Virus record (IMG/VR): IMGVR_UViG_3300048881_000314
Coordinates: 1-45,815 of that record
Reading direction: 5' to 3' (one strand)
From: a virus
Lineage: Duplodnaviria > Caudoviricetes
DNA length: 45,815 nucleotides
Part shown: piece after piece, positions 9,098 to 17,896 of the stretch
Position numbering within the stretch: the stretch's first letter is position 1
Layout of the letters: each line of letters opens with the position of its first letter
Notes under the pieces: generated by a model
The model's input: the letters and a program-made list of their open reading frames with translations, nothing else
The model's database searches: none
What the model was told of the DNA's origin: nothing
Translations under genes and position numbers: made by a program

Positions 9098-9781
9098 ATG
9101 TTTATTGTCAATCTATTTGTCAAATTATTGAGTAATACAATCGGGAAGTGGTCACTTCCTTACGTTGAAAAGAAATTTAATTTGAATCATTATTTTCTAA
9201 TTGAAAAAGAACTTTCAAAACTAAATGTTCCGTTTGCAATTTCAGTTGTAACAACTTACGGGCATGGTTCCAATTTATTAATTTCTGGCGCTCAAAAACT
9301 AAGCAAGGACAAGCGCAAACGAAAAAGTAATATCACACACGCCCTTTCGATTGTTGAGACTAGAAACGGCAAATTTAGGGCCGCCGAAGCTATGGGGCCA
9401 GGTATTCAAGAAGTAAGTCTTTTAAGCGCCATTGGCCAGCGTGACGAAGTTAAAATTAGGGTTCCAAACCCTAAGTTAATGAATGACCAGGTTTGTTCGT
9501 TCGCTTTGGATTATATTAAGAGAGTTTTGGCGATTGATAGAACTAAAAATATACCTTACGACCTGGACCATGATTTAATGGACCCGGAACGTTACGATTG
9601 TTCGGAGCTTATTTTTCACGCCGTTTCGTATGGCTTTGAAAAGGCCGGGCAAATGAATTTATTAAAAACAGTTTCCAGGGCCGGAAAGAAATCATGGGCG
9701 CCCGTCGAAGCTGAATTTTCCGAACTATTTATTGATATATATGATTCGAAAAAAGGGTTCCTTGAATGGCCGGAAATCTAA
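9098..9781 (+). CDS. Permuted papain-like NlpC/P60 (YiiX/YebB-like) enzyme
   Basis: His (THA) precedes PYD...YDCSELI catalytic Cys motif. Confidence 0.75.
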   Translation: MFIVNLFVKLLSNTIGKWSLPYVEKKFNLNHYFLIEKELSKLNVPFAISVVTTYGHGSNLLISGAQKLSKDKRKRKSNITHALSIVETRNGKFRAAEAMGPGIQEVSLLSAIGQRDEVKIRVPNPKLMNDQVCSFALDYIKRVLAIDRTKNIPYDLDHDLMDPERYDCSELIFHAVSYGFEKAGQMNLLKTVSRAGKKSWAPVEAEFSELFIDIYDSKKGFLEWPEI

Positions 9782-10038
9782 AACGGAAAATTGAGTCGAC
9801 CGGTTCCGCGGTTGTTGAAACCATACCTATAACGGCCGCTGACGATGCGGCCCAAAAAGTTACGCTTTCAAACCCTTCGCCAACTGAAATATTTTTAACT
9901 ATTCCTGGCGGAACAACTCAAATTGAAGACTTTGACTATGAAATAATTAATACTAACGAAGTTAGTTGGGCCGGAAAAGCACTTGAAACAACGCTAAGTG
10001 AAGGCGATACTATTATAGTAATTTACAATAACAACTAG
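9766..10038 (+). CDS. Small virion beta-domain protein
   Basis: Q...DY.....[VI][ST][WF].G......GD....Y pattern shared with C-terminus of 10056..11159. Confidence 0.55.
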   Translation: MAGNLKRKIESTGSAVVETIPITAADDAAQKVTLSNPSPTEIFLTIPGGTTQIEDFDYEIINTNEVSWAGKALETTLSEGDTIIVIYNNN

Positions 10039-10055
10039 AAAAAGGAGTTTGAACC

Positions 10056-11159
10056 ATGTCAAGAATCAAAACCAAGTGGATTGATGACAATGCAGTTAAT
10101 GACGTTAAAATGCGTCTACGTAACAACATGGCCATGCGAGCAAGGAACGCGGGCGATACGGCGGACGTCGATTTATTTAAACTAAGTAATGCCGATATTC
10201 TCGAAATGCTTCGTGAAATGTCGATGACTAATAACAAAATTACCAACCTTGCGCCAGGTGTTGACCCGACGGACGCGGTTAACCTTGCACAGGTAGAAGC
10301 GTTAGTTTCTGGACTTACCGACCCTAAAGATTCGGTTAAAGTTGCAACTACGGCGGCACTTCCGGCGTCTACTTACGACAACGGTGCTAGTGGTGTTGGT
10401 GCTACTTTAACAGGTGACGCAAACGGTGCGCTTCCTTCGATTGACGGAATTGGTCTTGCGATTGGCGAAAGGGTTCTTGTAAAAGACCAGGCCGCCGGAA
10501 ATGAAAACGGTATCTATGTTGTAACTCAATTAGGTGATGCCGGAAACCCATTTATATTAACTCGTTCTGACGACGCAAACATTGGTTCGGCCGACAAGCC
10601 AGTTGGTGACGACGTAGTTTCTCAGGGTATGTTTTGCCTGGCCTCTCAAGGTACGGATAACGGCGGTCTTGGTTTCTTATTAACTACACCGGACCCAATT
10701 GACCTAGGTGTTGACGTTCTTACTTTCGCGCAATTTGGTGAAACAATTCTTGCGGGTCAAGGTCTTACAAAAACTGGTTCGACTTTAAGTGTTGACGCCG
10801 GTGACGGACTTACTTTTTCTGGAAACCAGTTGGTTGTTGCGGTTGATAACGACCTAGTTGACGGAACAACAAAAATTGCGGCGGGCGCAGTTGTTGGAAG
10901 AAGACGTTTCGAAGAAGAAAAAACGCTAAGTGGAACTGACGTAACGAATGAATATGTTGACCTTGCAAAAGTGGCAAGTCGTGATTCAATTTCACTTGAC
11001 CCTAGGTTTGGATTAAAGCAAAAAGTCATTGTCGACTACACTGTTTCATATACTGGCGGGGCCGGTGGTAAAACTAGAATTACTTTCGTTGGTGATTTAC
11101 TAGGTTTAATCGAAGCGGGCGACATTTTCGACATTAACTATGAGTCACTAGATTACTAA
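10056..11159 (+). CDS. Head/accessory fibre (decoration) protein
   Basis: AAGGAG RBS; KITNLAPG..PTDAVN; KDSVKVATT; IDG......RVLVKDQ....ENGIY; AGQGLTK fibre repeats. Confidence 0.7.
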   Translation: MSRIKTKWIDDNAVNDVKMRLRNNMAMRARNAGDTADVDLFKLSNADILEMLREMSMTNNKITNLAPGVDPTDAVNLAQVEALVSGLTDPKDSVKVATTAALPASTYDNGASGVGATLTGDANGALPSIDGIGLAIGERVLVKDQAAGNENGIYVVTQLGDAGNPFILTRSDDANIGSADKPVGDDVVSQGMFCLASQGTDNGGLGFLLTTPDPIDLGVDVLTFAQFGETILAGQGLTKTGSTLSVDAGDGLTFSGNQLVVAVDNDLVDGTTKIAAGAVVGRRRFEEEKTLSGTDVTNEYVDLAKVASRDSISLDPRFGLKQKVIVDYTVSYTGGAGGKTRITFVGDLLGLIEAGDIFDINYESLDY

Positions 11160-11161
11160 AT

Positions 11162-11425
11162 ATGACTAGACTAACAAAAAAATGGTTCAAAGACTTTTTG
11201 TTTTCCAATATGGACGACGCCGAGATTACAAACCCCGGCGTCGATCATGTTCCGTTTTATGATAACGGGAAATGGAAAAACGGCGACACTTCAAACGTTT
11301 TGATTATGTCGCCGAAAATCTTGAGTCGCGAAATTTTTGTTCCCGCGAACAGAACCGCATTTATGGGAAGCTTCCGTTCAAATGGTTTTCGTTTGAGAGT
11401 GGAAGGAAGGCTTAGGGTAATGTAA
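11162..11425 (+). CDS. Small fibre-associated protein
   Basis: DDAEITNP....VPFYD.GKWKN fibre motif; N-terminus resembles that of 10056 protein. Confidence 0.55.
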   Translation: MTRLTKKWFKDFLFSNMDDAEITNPGVDHVPFYDNGKWKNGDTSNVLIMSPKILSREIFVPANRTAFMGSFRSNGFRLRVEGRLRVM

Positions 11426-11952
11426 TGAGTGATATAATTTTAAATAAAGTTAATTCGCCGCCTAGTGATATTGCGCCAGGTGAATCGGCAATTAGCGTTG
11501 ACCAGGCGACCGGTGAACCGCAAGTGACCGACGGCGACACGGGCCAAACGACAACGTTTAAAAGTGTCTTTGGTCAAGGTGTAATGAGTGCAAAAAACGA
11601 CGTTCCCGACACTACAACACAAAACACGCCAGTTAATTACTTAACAATGGTAACGCCGCCTAGTCTGACGCCAGGGGTTTACTTGTTAATGACAAATTAT
11701 TATTGGGGCTATTCAACTGGACAAAGAGACTTTAGGGCGGAAATAGCGGTTGCCGGCCAAATTGTTGGCCCTACTCATATTCAAGAACCAAAAGACACCG
11801 GAGCGGACCAAATGCACCCGGCTTCGCCATTTAGGGTTTTAAACAACCTTGGGCCAAACCAGGCGATTACGTTGCAATACTACGCTACAAACAATGGCGA
11901 TACGGCCAGAATGTTTTATGCGGAAATGGTTCTTTTTAAACTAAGTAACTAA
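11425..11952 (+). CDS. Small fibre / receptor-binding protein (jelly-roll-like tip)
   Basis: PGESAISVD N-terminal fibre motif; LTPGVYLL beta-sandwich; TAATG coupling. Confidence 0.5.
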   Translation: MSDIILNKVNSPPSDIAPGESAISVDQATGEPQVTDGDTGQTTTFKSVFGQGVMSAKNDVPDTTTQNTPVNYLTMVTPPSLTPGVYLLMTNYYWGYSTGQRDFRAEIAVAGQIVGPTHIQEPKDTGADQMHPASPFRVLNNLGPNQAITLQYYATNNGDTARMFYAEMVLFKLSN

Positions 11953-11962
11953 GGTTTTAAGA

Positions 11963-12505
11963 ATGGAAAAAAGATATTATACAAAAAGCGTTAACTCGGA
12001 AATTTTAAAAGAAATGTTTTTATTGAACGCTGATATATGGCCAAAGATTTTCGCCATAAACGTTCAAGGTTTAGAGAGTGACGAAACACCGAAAGAAGAC
12101 AATATTGAAATCATGTTTAAGGAAGTTCCGACAAGCGCGGAACTTGATATTGTCGCGGAAATTATAAATGATTATGGGTCGGGCCACGAACTTCATATTC
12201 GCTATGGTCTTGAAACAAATGTAATGGTTCCGGCCATGCAGTTTGGCCAAACAATTCTTGCCAAGTTTGCGGCAAATAATTTATATCGCGGAAAAACTGA
12301 CGAACAAGTTGATTCATTAATTACGGATTACCCAGAATTAATTCACGGGCTAGTTACGGGGTCACTAACGGCTTCTTTTCGTGAATTTGCTACGCTTGAA
12401 ACTAGAATGTTGCCGCCTAATAACGAAGTAATTCCGGCGTTTGATCTTGCCGAAATTCAAGAGTTTAAAAGACGAATCGGGCTTTATTTAGGAGTAACGC
12501 AGTAA
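11963..12505 (+). CDS. Putative cytoplasmic fibre chaperone, paralogue of the 6256..7041 C-terminal domain
   Basis: G..[IV].A.....N..[KR]G.T..Q[IV]......Y.E[IL]...L.TGSL shared; follows a fibre gene. Confidence 0.5.
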   Translation: MEKRYYTKSVNSEILKEMFLLNADIWPKIFAINVQGLESDETPKEDNIEIMFKEVPTSAELDIVAEIINDYGSGHELHIRYGLETNVMVPAMQFGQTILAKFAANNLYRGKTDEQVDSLITDYPELIHGLVTGSLTASFREFATLETRMLPPNNEVIPAFDLAEIQEFKRRIGLYLGVTQ

Positions 12506-12996
12506 TGAGCTTATTACAAGTTGGTCAAATTGTCCCATTGGTTGCAATCTTGGAGTGTCCGGCCGGCGAAACTGTTTATGTTCGCGCCGAGATTAGGGAC
12601 CGTTTAAATGCTGTTTTAAGCGTTAAAAATTTGATTGACCAAAGCAACGGAGAGTTTACGAACTACACTTATTTAATGCCTGACGAACCGCTTATCAAGG
12701 TTTTTTACCAGGTGTTTGAAGACGCCGGTTATACAACTCCAAGTTCTATTTTTTGCCCGGATAACGAGACTTATACCAGGCTAGAAATAGACGAAGCGCA
12801 AGCGGTTAAGATTGACCATTTAGTTGGTTTAATAAGAAGTGAAAAATTAACTGGAATGATTACGGCCGGTTTTACGGAACCATTAAAAGGCGTTATTGAC
12901 CAGGCCAATTTATTCGGTTGCATCGGTAAGACCGAACGATTAATTGGAACAATAATAAACGAAAACCTAAAAGGGGCCATAAATGGAAATTTGTAA
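12505..12996 (+). CDS. Virion protein with six LxGxI C-terminal repeats
   Basis: LVGLI, LTGMI, LKGVI, LFGCI, LIGTI, LKGAI. Confidence 0.55.
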   Translation: MSLLQVGQIVPLVAILECPAGETVYVRAEIRDRLNAVLSVKNLIDQSNGEFTNYTYLMPDEPLIKVFYQVFEDAGYTTPSSIFCPDNETYTRLEIDEAQAVKIDHLVGLIRSEKLTGMITAGFTEPLKGVIDQANLFGCIGKTERLIGTIINENLKGAINGNL

Positions 12997-13333
12997 CGAA
13001 AAAATGACAATTGTCCAAGGTGAAAAAATAGACTTACCTTTGACAATAATGCAATCGAACGGGAAACCATACGACTTAACAAGTGCGACCGAAATAAAGT
13101 TTTGCATTAAGACCGAAGACAATACAGTTCTTGAAAAAACTTTAACGGCGACGGAAATTGTAGTTGATAACGCTACACTTGCCGAAATAACCGTTAAGCT
13201 TTTAAGTGTTGATACCGCAAGCTTAGAGGCCAAAGACGCGCATAGTTTTGACGTTGAAATTTCTGACGCCAGTAATTTAAGAATTGCAAAATTTGAAAGA
13301 CTTTTAAACGTTGAAGAACGTATTTGTTCTTAA
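12983..13333 (+). CDS. BppU-N-like (baseplate upper protein) domain protein
   Basis: IVQGE...L.I....G.PYDLT.A....F..K....G/A.I.V.L...DT..L....FDVEI. Confidence 0.65.
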   Translation: MEICNEKMTIVQGEKIDLPLTIMQSNGKPYDLTSATEIKFCIKTEDNTVLEKTLTATEIVVDNATLAEITVKLLSVDTASLEAKDAHSFDVEISDASNLRIAKFERLLNVEERICS

Positions 13334-13335
13334 AT

Positions 13336-13367
13336 AAAAAGGCCCCGATTCCGGGGCTTGTTTGTTT
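13336..13367. terminator. Bidirectional intrinsic terminator between convergent operons
   Basis: AAAAA-GGCCCCG-ATTC-CGGGGCT-TGTTTGTTT. Confidence 0.75.
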
Positions 13368-13371
13368 CCTT

Positions 13372-14763
13372 TTAATTTTCGAAAGTAATTCCGCCGATTT
13401 TTTCGGGTTCCTTAAATAAAGATTCTAGTTCGTTCGCCAGGTTAAGCATTTTTTCACGGGCCACGTCACTAGTTGTTTTTCTTTTTGCCTTATCTCTTAA
13501 AAACTTAATTCGTTCTTCGCGGGTTTTTCCGTCCCAACCTCGAATTTTCTTGTCCGTATCGGGGTTTTTAAAGGCATTTGAAGCCGCCGTTGCTGTTTGT
13601 TGTTCCGGTGTCATGTCTTTCCATTCTTTTAATTTGTCGGCCGGTTTAACGGCTTTTTCAACTTCTTCCTTTGTTGGCGCCACAACTGTATTGTCGACAT
13701 ATTCTTTCGTTACCGCGTCCGTTTCTTTTATTGGCGGCGCAAGTGGCGCGGGTTCTTTTTTCTTCTTCTTTTTTGGTACGGTGATTCTAACACTAGACGC
13801 CCCGGCCTTCGTGTACTTTTCAAGGTTTGGTTCTTCCGGGAAGTCACGAACTGAATGCACTTGTTCGCCTGGACTTAATGTTTTAACCGTTTTAATCCAA
13901 CCAATAAAGGCTTCAAACGCGGCCTTGTAGTCAACCTTTTCAGCGCCAGGAACTTCGACAATTTTAAATTCGCCAAATTCAAGTTTTGCATGGTTTCTTG
14001 ATTTATGTTTAACGATTTTATCTTTTATTTTTTTTGCGTTCGCCTTAGCTTCTTTTTCAGTTTCGGCCAGGCCTTCATATTCAGTTAAAAGATTTTGAAG
14101 TTCAACGTCTTCGATTTTTAACGAATCAACCTTGGCCGGTTCCGGCTTAGTTCCTTCCTGGACACTTTTCCAAAATTCAAACAATGCCGGAACTAGTTCC
14201 TTGTTAATATAGTCGTTTAATTTTTCGTCGCGTGGAATGTCTAAAGTGTAGGCCACTTTTTGACGTTGGTCGTTTTCGTCTTTATATTCTTTTATTCCTG
14301 TTAAAAATGCCGATTGCGCGCCAGTTACAAAAAGTTGTTGGCAAATTTGGTCAAGGTATTGCGGCGGAATTCTTTCGACAACTGTTAATGATTCATTTGT
14401 TAATGTTTCATAAAGGTCTTTTCCCATTAATTTGCATTCCCAAACTTTTTGCAATTCAGGGTTCCAACCGTCAACGCTGGCCCTTAAAAATTGAAAGTCC
14501 GGGTGTGTGAATAATGCCGGCTTCCAGGTAACGCCAGTTTGAAACTCAAGGCCTGGCCTGGCCCACGCTTCAAGTCTATGACCCTTGTCTTGAATAAAGG
14601 TGTTTTTATTTTCTTCTTCGTCAACCTTTTTAGTAAATTTTTCGTCCCAAAGTTGTAATTTGGTCTTATATTTAGACTTTCCCATTACAATTGGGGCGTC
14701 ACTAGCTCCTAGACCTTCGGCACGCCATTTAAGCCATTCAAGTGAGTTTTGCGTCAATTCCAT
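13372..14763 (-). CDS. YqaJ/lambda-exonuclease family protein with long C-terminal extension
   Basis: WLKWR..GLGASDAP.VMG.SKY, G..LE, FLRASVDG, WECK, Q..QQL. Confidence 0.9.
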   Translation of the reverse strand: MELTQNSLEWLKWRAEGLGASDAPIVMGKSKYKTKLQLWDEKFTKKVDEEENKNTFIQDKGHRLEAWARPGLEFQTGVTWKPALFTHPDFQFLRASVDGWNPELQKVWECKLMGKDLYETLTNESLTVVERIPPQYLDQICQQLFVTGAQSAFLTGIKEYKDENDQRQKVAYTLDIPRDEKLNDYINKELVPALFEFWKSVQEGTKPEPAKVDSLKIEDVELQNLLTEYEGLAETEKEAKANAKKIKDKIVKHKSRNHAKLEFGEFKIVEVPGAEKVDYKAAFEAFIGWIKTVKTLSPGEQVHSVRDFPEEPNLEKYTKAGASSVRITVPKKKKKKEPAPLAPPIKETDAVTKEYVDNTVVAPTKEEVEKAVKPADKLKEWKDMTPEQQTATAASNAFKNPDTDKKIRGWDGKTREERIKFLRDKAKRKTTSDVAREKMLNLANELESLFKEPEKIGGITFEN

Positions 14764-14785
14764 TATTAATTTCCTTTGTTAAAAA

Positions 14786-14847
14786 TGATTAATTTTGTGT
14801 TGACAAGTTATGTTCGATTAATCATCATGTCAACACAAAATTAATCA
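14786..14847. promoter_or_regulatory. Symmetric overlapping divergent sigma70 promoters within a 20-bp inverted repeat
   Basis: TGATTAATTTTGTGTTGACA (14786-14805) / TGTCAACACAAAATTAATCA (14828-14847); TTGACA-17-CATCAT (+) and TTGACA-17-TAACTT (-). Confidence 0.75.
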
Positions 14848-14872
14848 CTAATCAATCATAGGAGTAATAACA

Positions 14873-15073
14873 ATGTCAGTTGCAAAACTTAAAAGTTACA
14901 TTAAGAAAAACGGAAAAGCTAAGACGGCGGTCGCGCTTGGACTAATTGAAACCAACGCAATTAACAATTGGATAGCTAGAAAATCAATACCCGTTGCGTT
15001 TCAAGAATCAGTTAAAAACCTAAAACACAAAAAGGTTATTGTTGTCGCTGACGACGCTAAGGTTGTTAAATAA
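14873..15073 (+). CDS. Cro-like HTH regulator
   Basis: G..KTAVALG....NAINNW..RKSIP; first gene after promoter; AGGAG RBS. Confidence 0.7.
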   Translation: MSVAKLKSYIKKNGKAKTAVALGLIETNAINNWIARKSIPVAFQESVKNLKHKKVIVVADDAKVVK

Positions 15074-16053
15074 TGACGGCTTTAATAAAAGGTCGCGAAC
15101 AAGAACCAGTTGTTCAAATTGTATATGGTGAAGCCGGGGCGGGAAAAACTTCTTACGCTTTAGGTGCGCCAACTCCGGTTTTTGTAGGGCCTGAAAGAAA
15201 CAAAGAAGTTAATGGTTTGAAGTTTCCAAGAACCGAAACACAAGAACAACTTTTAAGTTATTTAAAAGAAATTGAAACCGGAAAGCATGACAAGGCCCAA
15301 ATTAGAACGGTTGTACTTGATGCAATTACGACCCAGGAAGGTGTTATTCGTGACGGTATCCTTAAAAAAGAACCAGGTAAAACAATGCAAACCGCTTGCG
15401 GTGGTTATGGAAAAGCAAACGACGAATCACTTCGTCAACTTGTCGAGGTTCGCGACGCTTTACAGGCCATAACAGAAAAAAAAGAAATGAATATAATTGT
15501 CCTGGCCCATTGTATTAAGAACAATTTCAATGACCCATTATTAATGACAAATTATGATTCATACGAAATTGCGCTTCACAAAGGTAAGAACAAGGAACAC
15601 GCCAAAGTTTTTATCGAATGGGCCAGTTCTGTTTTATTTTTACACTGGAAGCAATTCGCAACGGAAGACAAAAAGCACGCGACAGGAATAGGAAAGCGAG
15701 TTATAAGAACTGAATGCCGTCCAAGTCACGTAGCTAAGAACCGTTACAATTTGCCGGAAACGATTCAAATGCTAGACGATGCCGCGCTTTTAAAAGCCGG
15801 ACAAACGCCGCAAACTTTTAACCTGGTAATGCAATATATAAATGAGTTTTACGCGTCAGGCGCGCAAGCAAATACAATGCAAAACGATTTTAATATGTTG
15901 GTCCAGGAAACAAAGGGTTTAATTGACTTGGTTAAAGATGAAAACACTAGGCCGGCAATTATTCAATCAGTAACAACGGAAATTAACAACGGCAATTACG
16001 CCAATTTAATGGTTTTACGCGACCGTTTAAAAGAAATAGTCGAACACCAATAA
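15073..16053 (+). CDS. Sak4-like (AAA_24) ATPase / single-strand annealing protein
   Basis: YGEAGAGKTS Walker A, TVVLD, GYGK, IIVLAH, AKNRY. Confidence 0.85.
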   Translation: MTALIKGREQEPVVQIVYGEAGAGKTSYALGAPTPVFVGPERNKEVNGLKFPRTETQEQLLSYLKEIETGKHDKAQIRTVVLDAITTQEGVIRDGILKKEPGKTMQTACGGYGKANDESLRQLVEVRDALQAITEKKEMNIIVLAHCIKNNFNDPLLMTNYDSYEIALHKGKNKEHAKVFIEWASSVLFLHWKQFATEDKKHATGIGKRVIRTECRPSHVAKNRYNLPETIQMLDDAALLKAGQTPQTFNLVMQYINEFYASGAQANTMQNDFNMLVQETKGLIDLVKDENTRPAIIQSVTTEINNGNYANLMVLRDRLKEIVEHQ

Positions 16054-16060
16054 GGAGAAA

Positions 16061-16288
16061 ATGGAAATGAATGAAAGAATTAGTGTTAACGAAAGGTTTG
16101 GACCTTATCGAAAACCTACGGAAGAAACAATTCCTAAGTTTGAAGCAATTCAAAAAAAGACTTTAGAATTGGCGGTTCTTATTGATGAACTATGTCCAAA
16201 TGCGCCGGAAAAATTCACGGCTTTAACTCAATTACAGTCAGCAAAAATGTCAGCAAATGCGGCAATTGCAATATATAACAAACAATAA
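16061..16288 (+). CDS. Acb2/Tad1-like cyclic-nucleotide sponge (anti-defence)
   Basis: Y..PTEE.I.K.EAI.....ELA.LIDELCP...EK..ALT.L..A.M.ANAAIA helical-hairpin pattern; AAGGAG RBS. Confidence 0.65.
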   Translation: MEMNERISVNERFGPYRKPTEETIPKFEAIQKKTLELAVLIDELCPNAPEKFTALTQLQSAKMSANAAIAIYNKQ

Positions 16289-16298
16289 GGGGTAAATT

Positions 16299-16991
16299 AT
16301 GCACGGAATTTTTGACGCAAAAATTAAATCGTATGGAACAACAACAACAAACGCGGGTTCGCCAAACTTATGGGTTGACTTTGAATTTCAACATGACGGA
16401 GCTACTAAAACGAAAAAGTGGTTTTCTGGTTTTGTTGGTGGTCAAAAAGATATTACTTATAAAAGTTTATTGGCCATGGGTCTAGCGCCTCAAAACTTTG
16501 GAAGACTTCAAGAGTTTATGAATGGTGTTGCGTCTAACTTATTAGACATGAACAAAATGCTTACAATTGATATTCAGGAAGAACCTGATTACAAAGACCC
16601 TTCAAAAATTGTTTCAAAAATCAAATGGGTTAACGACCCTAACCAGGCGCCGCAAATTGCTAAGATTGACGAAGCAACTAACGCGCAATTTTTTGGTTCA
16701 ATGAACTGCGAAGGTGAGCTTATGGCCATGGCCCAAACTATGGGTCTTCAAATGGGCGGGCAAACTCAACAAGCGCCGCAAATGAACAATCAAATGCCAC
16801 CGCAACAAAATTACCAGGCGCCGCAAAATCAAGCGCCACAACAAAACATGAATCAACAACAAATGCCGCCGCAACAAAATCAACAATACCAGGCGCCACA
16901 ACAAAACATGAATCAACAACAAGGTTCGACGCAAGCACCGACGCAAATGCCACCACAACAAAACGGTGCGGGCTTTAATGCGCCATTTTAA
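16299..16991 (+). CDS. Single-stranded DNA-binding protein (DUF669-like) with Gln-rich linker
   Basis: Downstream of Sak4-like gene; OB-like N-terminus; Q/P/N repeats; C-terminal APF. Confidence 0.7.
   Translation: MHGIFDAKIKSYGTTTTNAGSPNLWVDFEFQHDGATKTKKWFSGFVGGQKDITYKSLLAMGLAPQNFGRLQEFMNGVASNLLDMNKMLTIDIQEEPDYKDPSKIVSKIKWVNDPNQAPQIAKIDEATNAQFFGSMNCEGELMAMAQTMGLQMGGQTQQAPQMNNQMPPQQNYQAPQNQAPQQNMNQQQMPPQQNQQYQAPQQNMNQQQGSTQAPTQMPPQQNGAGFNAPF
16830..16922 (+). repeat. 60-bp-period coding tandem repeat (QAPQQNMNQQQ)
   Basis: gcgccacaacaaaacatgaatcaacaacaa at 16833 and 16893. Confidence 0.8.
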
Positions 16992-17790
16992 AGTTGTTTG
17001 CGATTTAGAAACTAGCGGAAATTGCCCCATTAATAATGGGGTTATTTCTGCCTGTTTTTTCGTCTTAAATGAAAGCGACGAAATAGTTAATAAAAAAACC
17101 TGGTATGTTAGGCCGCCGAACTTATCACCTAAATTTTGGAGTGAAGAAGCAAGGATTAAGGCCCACAAAATACCTTACGAAACGGTTTTAGGTTTTATGC
17201 AAAACGACCAATTTTGCTATGAACTTTTGTGTTTCTTAGGGCAATACCAGGAACATTTTCCTTTGGCCTTTATTTGCCACGCTTCAAATACTGGAATGCC
17301 AAACTTGGACCCAATAACAAAAAAATCGCTTGGCGGTTATGCAATGGTTCCTTGGTTTGATTGGAATTTTTTAGAATGGTGTTTTCGTAAAGCGTTTTTT
17401 CAAAATGGCGAACCTATGGTTAACACGTTTTGGAAAATATTTAAGCACAACGAAATTTGCATTGAAATGGAAGAAGGAAAGGAAGACAAAACAAAACTTA
17501 AATTATTAAACGGCGGGACCGCTTTAATAAGTACAATTGTAATGGCAAGGGAACTGGGCTTTAAACCAAACAAACTAAGTGATTGGTCACAACGTTTAGG
17601 TTTTCAATTAAATCACCACGAAGTTGAAAGTGATACAAACGGCGCTTACATTACATATAAATATTTAAAGGCAAAATATGAAAGTCATCTTAGAAATAAA
17701 CAACAAACTAGCGTTCGAGGACGAAAGTCAAATGTTCGAGTACCTAGAACAACTCAAGACGTCAAGCAAGTCACTTTGTTTGGACATTGA
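16966..17790 (+). CDS. DEDDh 3'-5' exonuclease (DnaQ-like)
   Basis: DLETSG, FD..FL, HH...SD; start may be ATG 16978. Confidence 0.8.
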   Translation: MRALMRHFKVVCDLETSGNCPINNGVISACFFVLNESDEIVNKKTWYVRPPNLSPKFWSEEARIKAHKIPYETVLGFMQNDQFCYELLCFLGQYQEHFPLAFICHASNTGMPNLDPITKKSLGGYAMVPWFDWNFLEWCFRKAFFQNGEPMVNTFWKIFKHNEICIEMEEGKEDKTKLKLLNGGTALISTIVMARELGFKPNKLSDWSQRLGFQLNHHEVESDTNGAYITYKYLKAKYESHLRNKQQTSVRGRKSNVRVPRTTQDVKQVTLFGH

Positions 17791-17896
17791 AAAAGCCGTT
17801 AGAACCAACGAAAAAGTTACTGACATTTTGGACACGGAAAAGAGTTTTGCAAAAAGAACCAGGACCGTAAGAACTTATAAACTGGGTCTTGCTTAA
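17678..17896 (+). CDS. Hypothetical protein
   Basis: Stop overlaps helicase ATG (TAATG); overlaps exonuclease 3' end. Confidence 0.55.
   Translation: MKVILEINNKLAFEDESQMFEYLEQLKTSSKSLCLDIEKAVRTNEKVTDILDTEKSFAKRTRTVRTYKLGLA

Noticed and set aside
16790-16965. CRISPR-like or DGR repeat
   Set aside because: In-frame Gln-rich linker repeats with no unique spacers; no reverse transcriptase or cas gene in the window.
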